Assembly (NCBI GenBank): GCA_965153355.1
Contig: OZ231126.1
Coordinates: 40,300,001-40,364,000, forward strand
DNA from: Flaccisagitta enflata
Taxonomy: Eukaryota
Reading direction: 5' to 3'
DNA: 64,000 nucleotides
Shown in pieces: positions 61,992 through 64,000 of the stretch. Position 1 is the first letter of the stretch; every line of letters begins with the position of its first letter. The position numbers were made by a program, and so were the translations under genes. The notes under the pieces are model-generated. The model was not told the DNA's origin. It searched no databases and saw nothing but the letters and a program-made list of their open reading frames with translations.

Positions 61992-62551
61992 CTAGTCATC
62001 CAAGGATCGCACATGGTCAGCGGTACCCGATGCCCTGCTTGGAGTGATCAAGTGAAGAAGTGGAAAGAGAGCAGGGCAGCGGCCCCAAAGGGCCGATGTC
62101 CTGTAGGACACAGGGGGGAATTTCCAGACGTCCTGAGATACAGATGGCTGATTTGAGGCCTGGAGGGCTGAAAAGAGGTCTTGGGGCAGATTTGAGGTCA
62201 TGAGGGAAGATTTGAGCTCTGGAGAGCAGATTTGAGGACTGGAGGGCTAATTTGAGGCCTGGATGGCTAATTTGAGGCCTTGAGGCCAGATTTGAAGTCC
62301 GAATCAAATTTGAGGTCAGAGGGCAGATTTGAGGCCTGGAGGACAGATTTAGGTGATTTTGGCTGGAGAGCCTATCAGGCCTGACAGGCTTGTTCTGCCT
62401 GGGCGTGGAGGCAAAAACAGGCCTGAGATGCTGGTTTAGGTCCCTGGGGGGGACTGACTGGACGGACGGAAGGACGGACGGAAGGACGGACGTCTGGAAA
62501 TTCCCCCCTGTGTCCTACAGGACATCGGCCCTTTGGGGCCGCTGCCCAAAA
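61992..62551 (-). mobile_element. HINE copy, family C-related subfamily
   Basis: Inverted subTIRs GGGCAGCGGCCCCAAAGGGCCGATGTCCTGTAGGACACAGGGGG; terminal TCCAAGGA hairpin; AAAA at the far end. Confidence 0.8.
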
Positions 62552-62849
62552 GGAAACTAAGAAAAATTTGAGTGAAAATGAATGATTTCAATTTGATACT
62601 TTTTTTTCAAATTAATATAGCTTCTACAGTTTTCAAGTTAGAATTTCGTTCGACGACTCAAATGAAAGATTTTTTGAAGTTCTTTAAAATGGTCATAGAG
62701 TTTATGTACTTTCTCAAAAGTTACACCAACTTAAGGTAGAAATAGGCAATGTGCGATTTTGTTTTGCCCATGATTAGTCTTCCGCACTTATACGTGAGTG
62801 AGAGAAAGGAAATAATTGTCCGTGTGTGTGTCTGTGTTTGTGTGATCGC

Positions 62850-62916
<67 letters not shown>

Positions 62917-63015
62917 GTTTAAGTATTTCATGGTCGAGTATATCTCATTCCTCACCGTTCCATGACTTCAAGATGTGTACGTGTGTGTGTGTATGTGTGT
63001 GTATGTGTATGTGTA

Positions 63016-63086
<71 letters not shown>

Positions 63087-63901
63087 CTGTCTGTCTGTTT
63101 TGTATTTAAGTATTTCATGGTTGAGTATCTCTCTTTCCTCACCTTTCCATGACTTCAAGATCCGATGTATTTTTTATTTTCTTTCTTTTTTTTTTTCTAG
63201 TCAGGGACGCTTTGACACTTTTTCCGTTTTCCTTCAGGCAGAAAGTTTTGTCTTTCCAACTTTATTTCCGATTTCACGTACTACATATAATTTCATCGTC
63301 GCAAGAGATAACGTCATTCCACAAGACAAATTGTCTTTCTATCGCCGCACGACTGGGTGTCATTTAGTTCCAATTCCAAAAGACCGATTGTCGTTCTTGT
63401 GCCGTAGAACAGATAGTCGTTCAAACGCAATGAGAGTAAATGTCATTTCAATTCCGCAAGAAGGATTTTCATTTTATAGGTGCAGGACTGAACACTATTC
63501 CGACGCATGAGGCCGATTGTCGATTGCCGATTGTCAGCCTCATAGGACCGAACATTTGTTAATTTGGCAATGCTGCAGTACCGATAGTTATTCCGTTTTC
63601 GCCGGGCAGAATGTCATTTTAACGCCATGAACTTGATGAGACCGATCATTTATCCAAATTGTCGAGACTGATTGTCATTTCAATATCGATGCGCGATGTT
63701 TTCTGAAAAAATATGAGCAAGTACAGTAGGAAGTACAGTACAACAGTACCGTACAGTACAGTTGGAAGTACAGCAAGTACAGTACAGTACTGTAGGAAAT
63801 CCGTATAAGTGATGAAATGGAAAATACGTTGACAATGTCGTAAAAGACGGGAGGAAAACCGTTCGTGACTGGATTGCCGAGTATCCGGCCTTGTTTTAAT
63901 T

Positions 63902-64000
63902 AACAAGGCCGGATACACGGCCACCAGTTGCGGGTGGGCAGGGGCGGGAATGAGTTTTCCCACTTTTCAACTCAAGCGTGACGGACCGACCAACCAACCG
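63902..64000 (-). mobile_element. HINE family A copy, cut by the window edge
   Basis: AACAAGGCCGGATACACGGC ... GGACCGACCAACC. Confidence 0.7.

Noticed and set aside
56300-64000. Right TIR of the Polinton-like element
   Set aside because: No inverted copy of AGTAGTATGGGTAAAG found by eye; the HINE 3' end at ~63860-63895 does not clearly pair with the 44105 fragment.

Overview
Repeat-dense eukaryotic (animal-like) DNA with no recognisable housekeeping gene. (1) A ~16.8-kb Helentron/Helitron2-type rolling-circle element (about 5691-22489) sits in a 10-bp satellite; an empty copy of its insertion site is present at 5241-5410. It carries an intact, intronless 2892-aa ORF with an unusual domain order: SGNH hydrolase, LLGG motif, 15-aa repeats, Zn-binding region, HUH Rep, Pif1 helicase, APE-like endonuclease and a complete USP (peptidase C19) deubiquitinase-like domain. 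(2) A ~12-kb gene-dense island (about 44175-56300) starts with AGTAGT and ends in a truncated ORF resembling the N-terminus of Polinton/Maverick pPolB proteins. It holds spliced, nested and overlapping genes: three mucin-like membrane proteins, a Cys-rich protein and a C2H2 zinc-finger protein. The rest is TAAGGCCCTT satellite, many non-autonomous DINE/HINE-like elements, TA-flanked and hAT MITEs, and microsatellites. Parts of 23-27.5 kb and 35-37.5 kb look like low-quality sequence. All domain and family calls are from motif recognition by eye; no searches were run.
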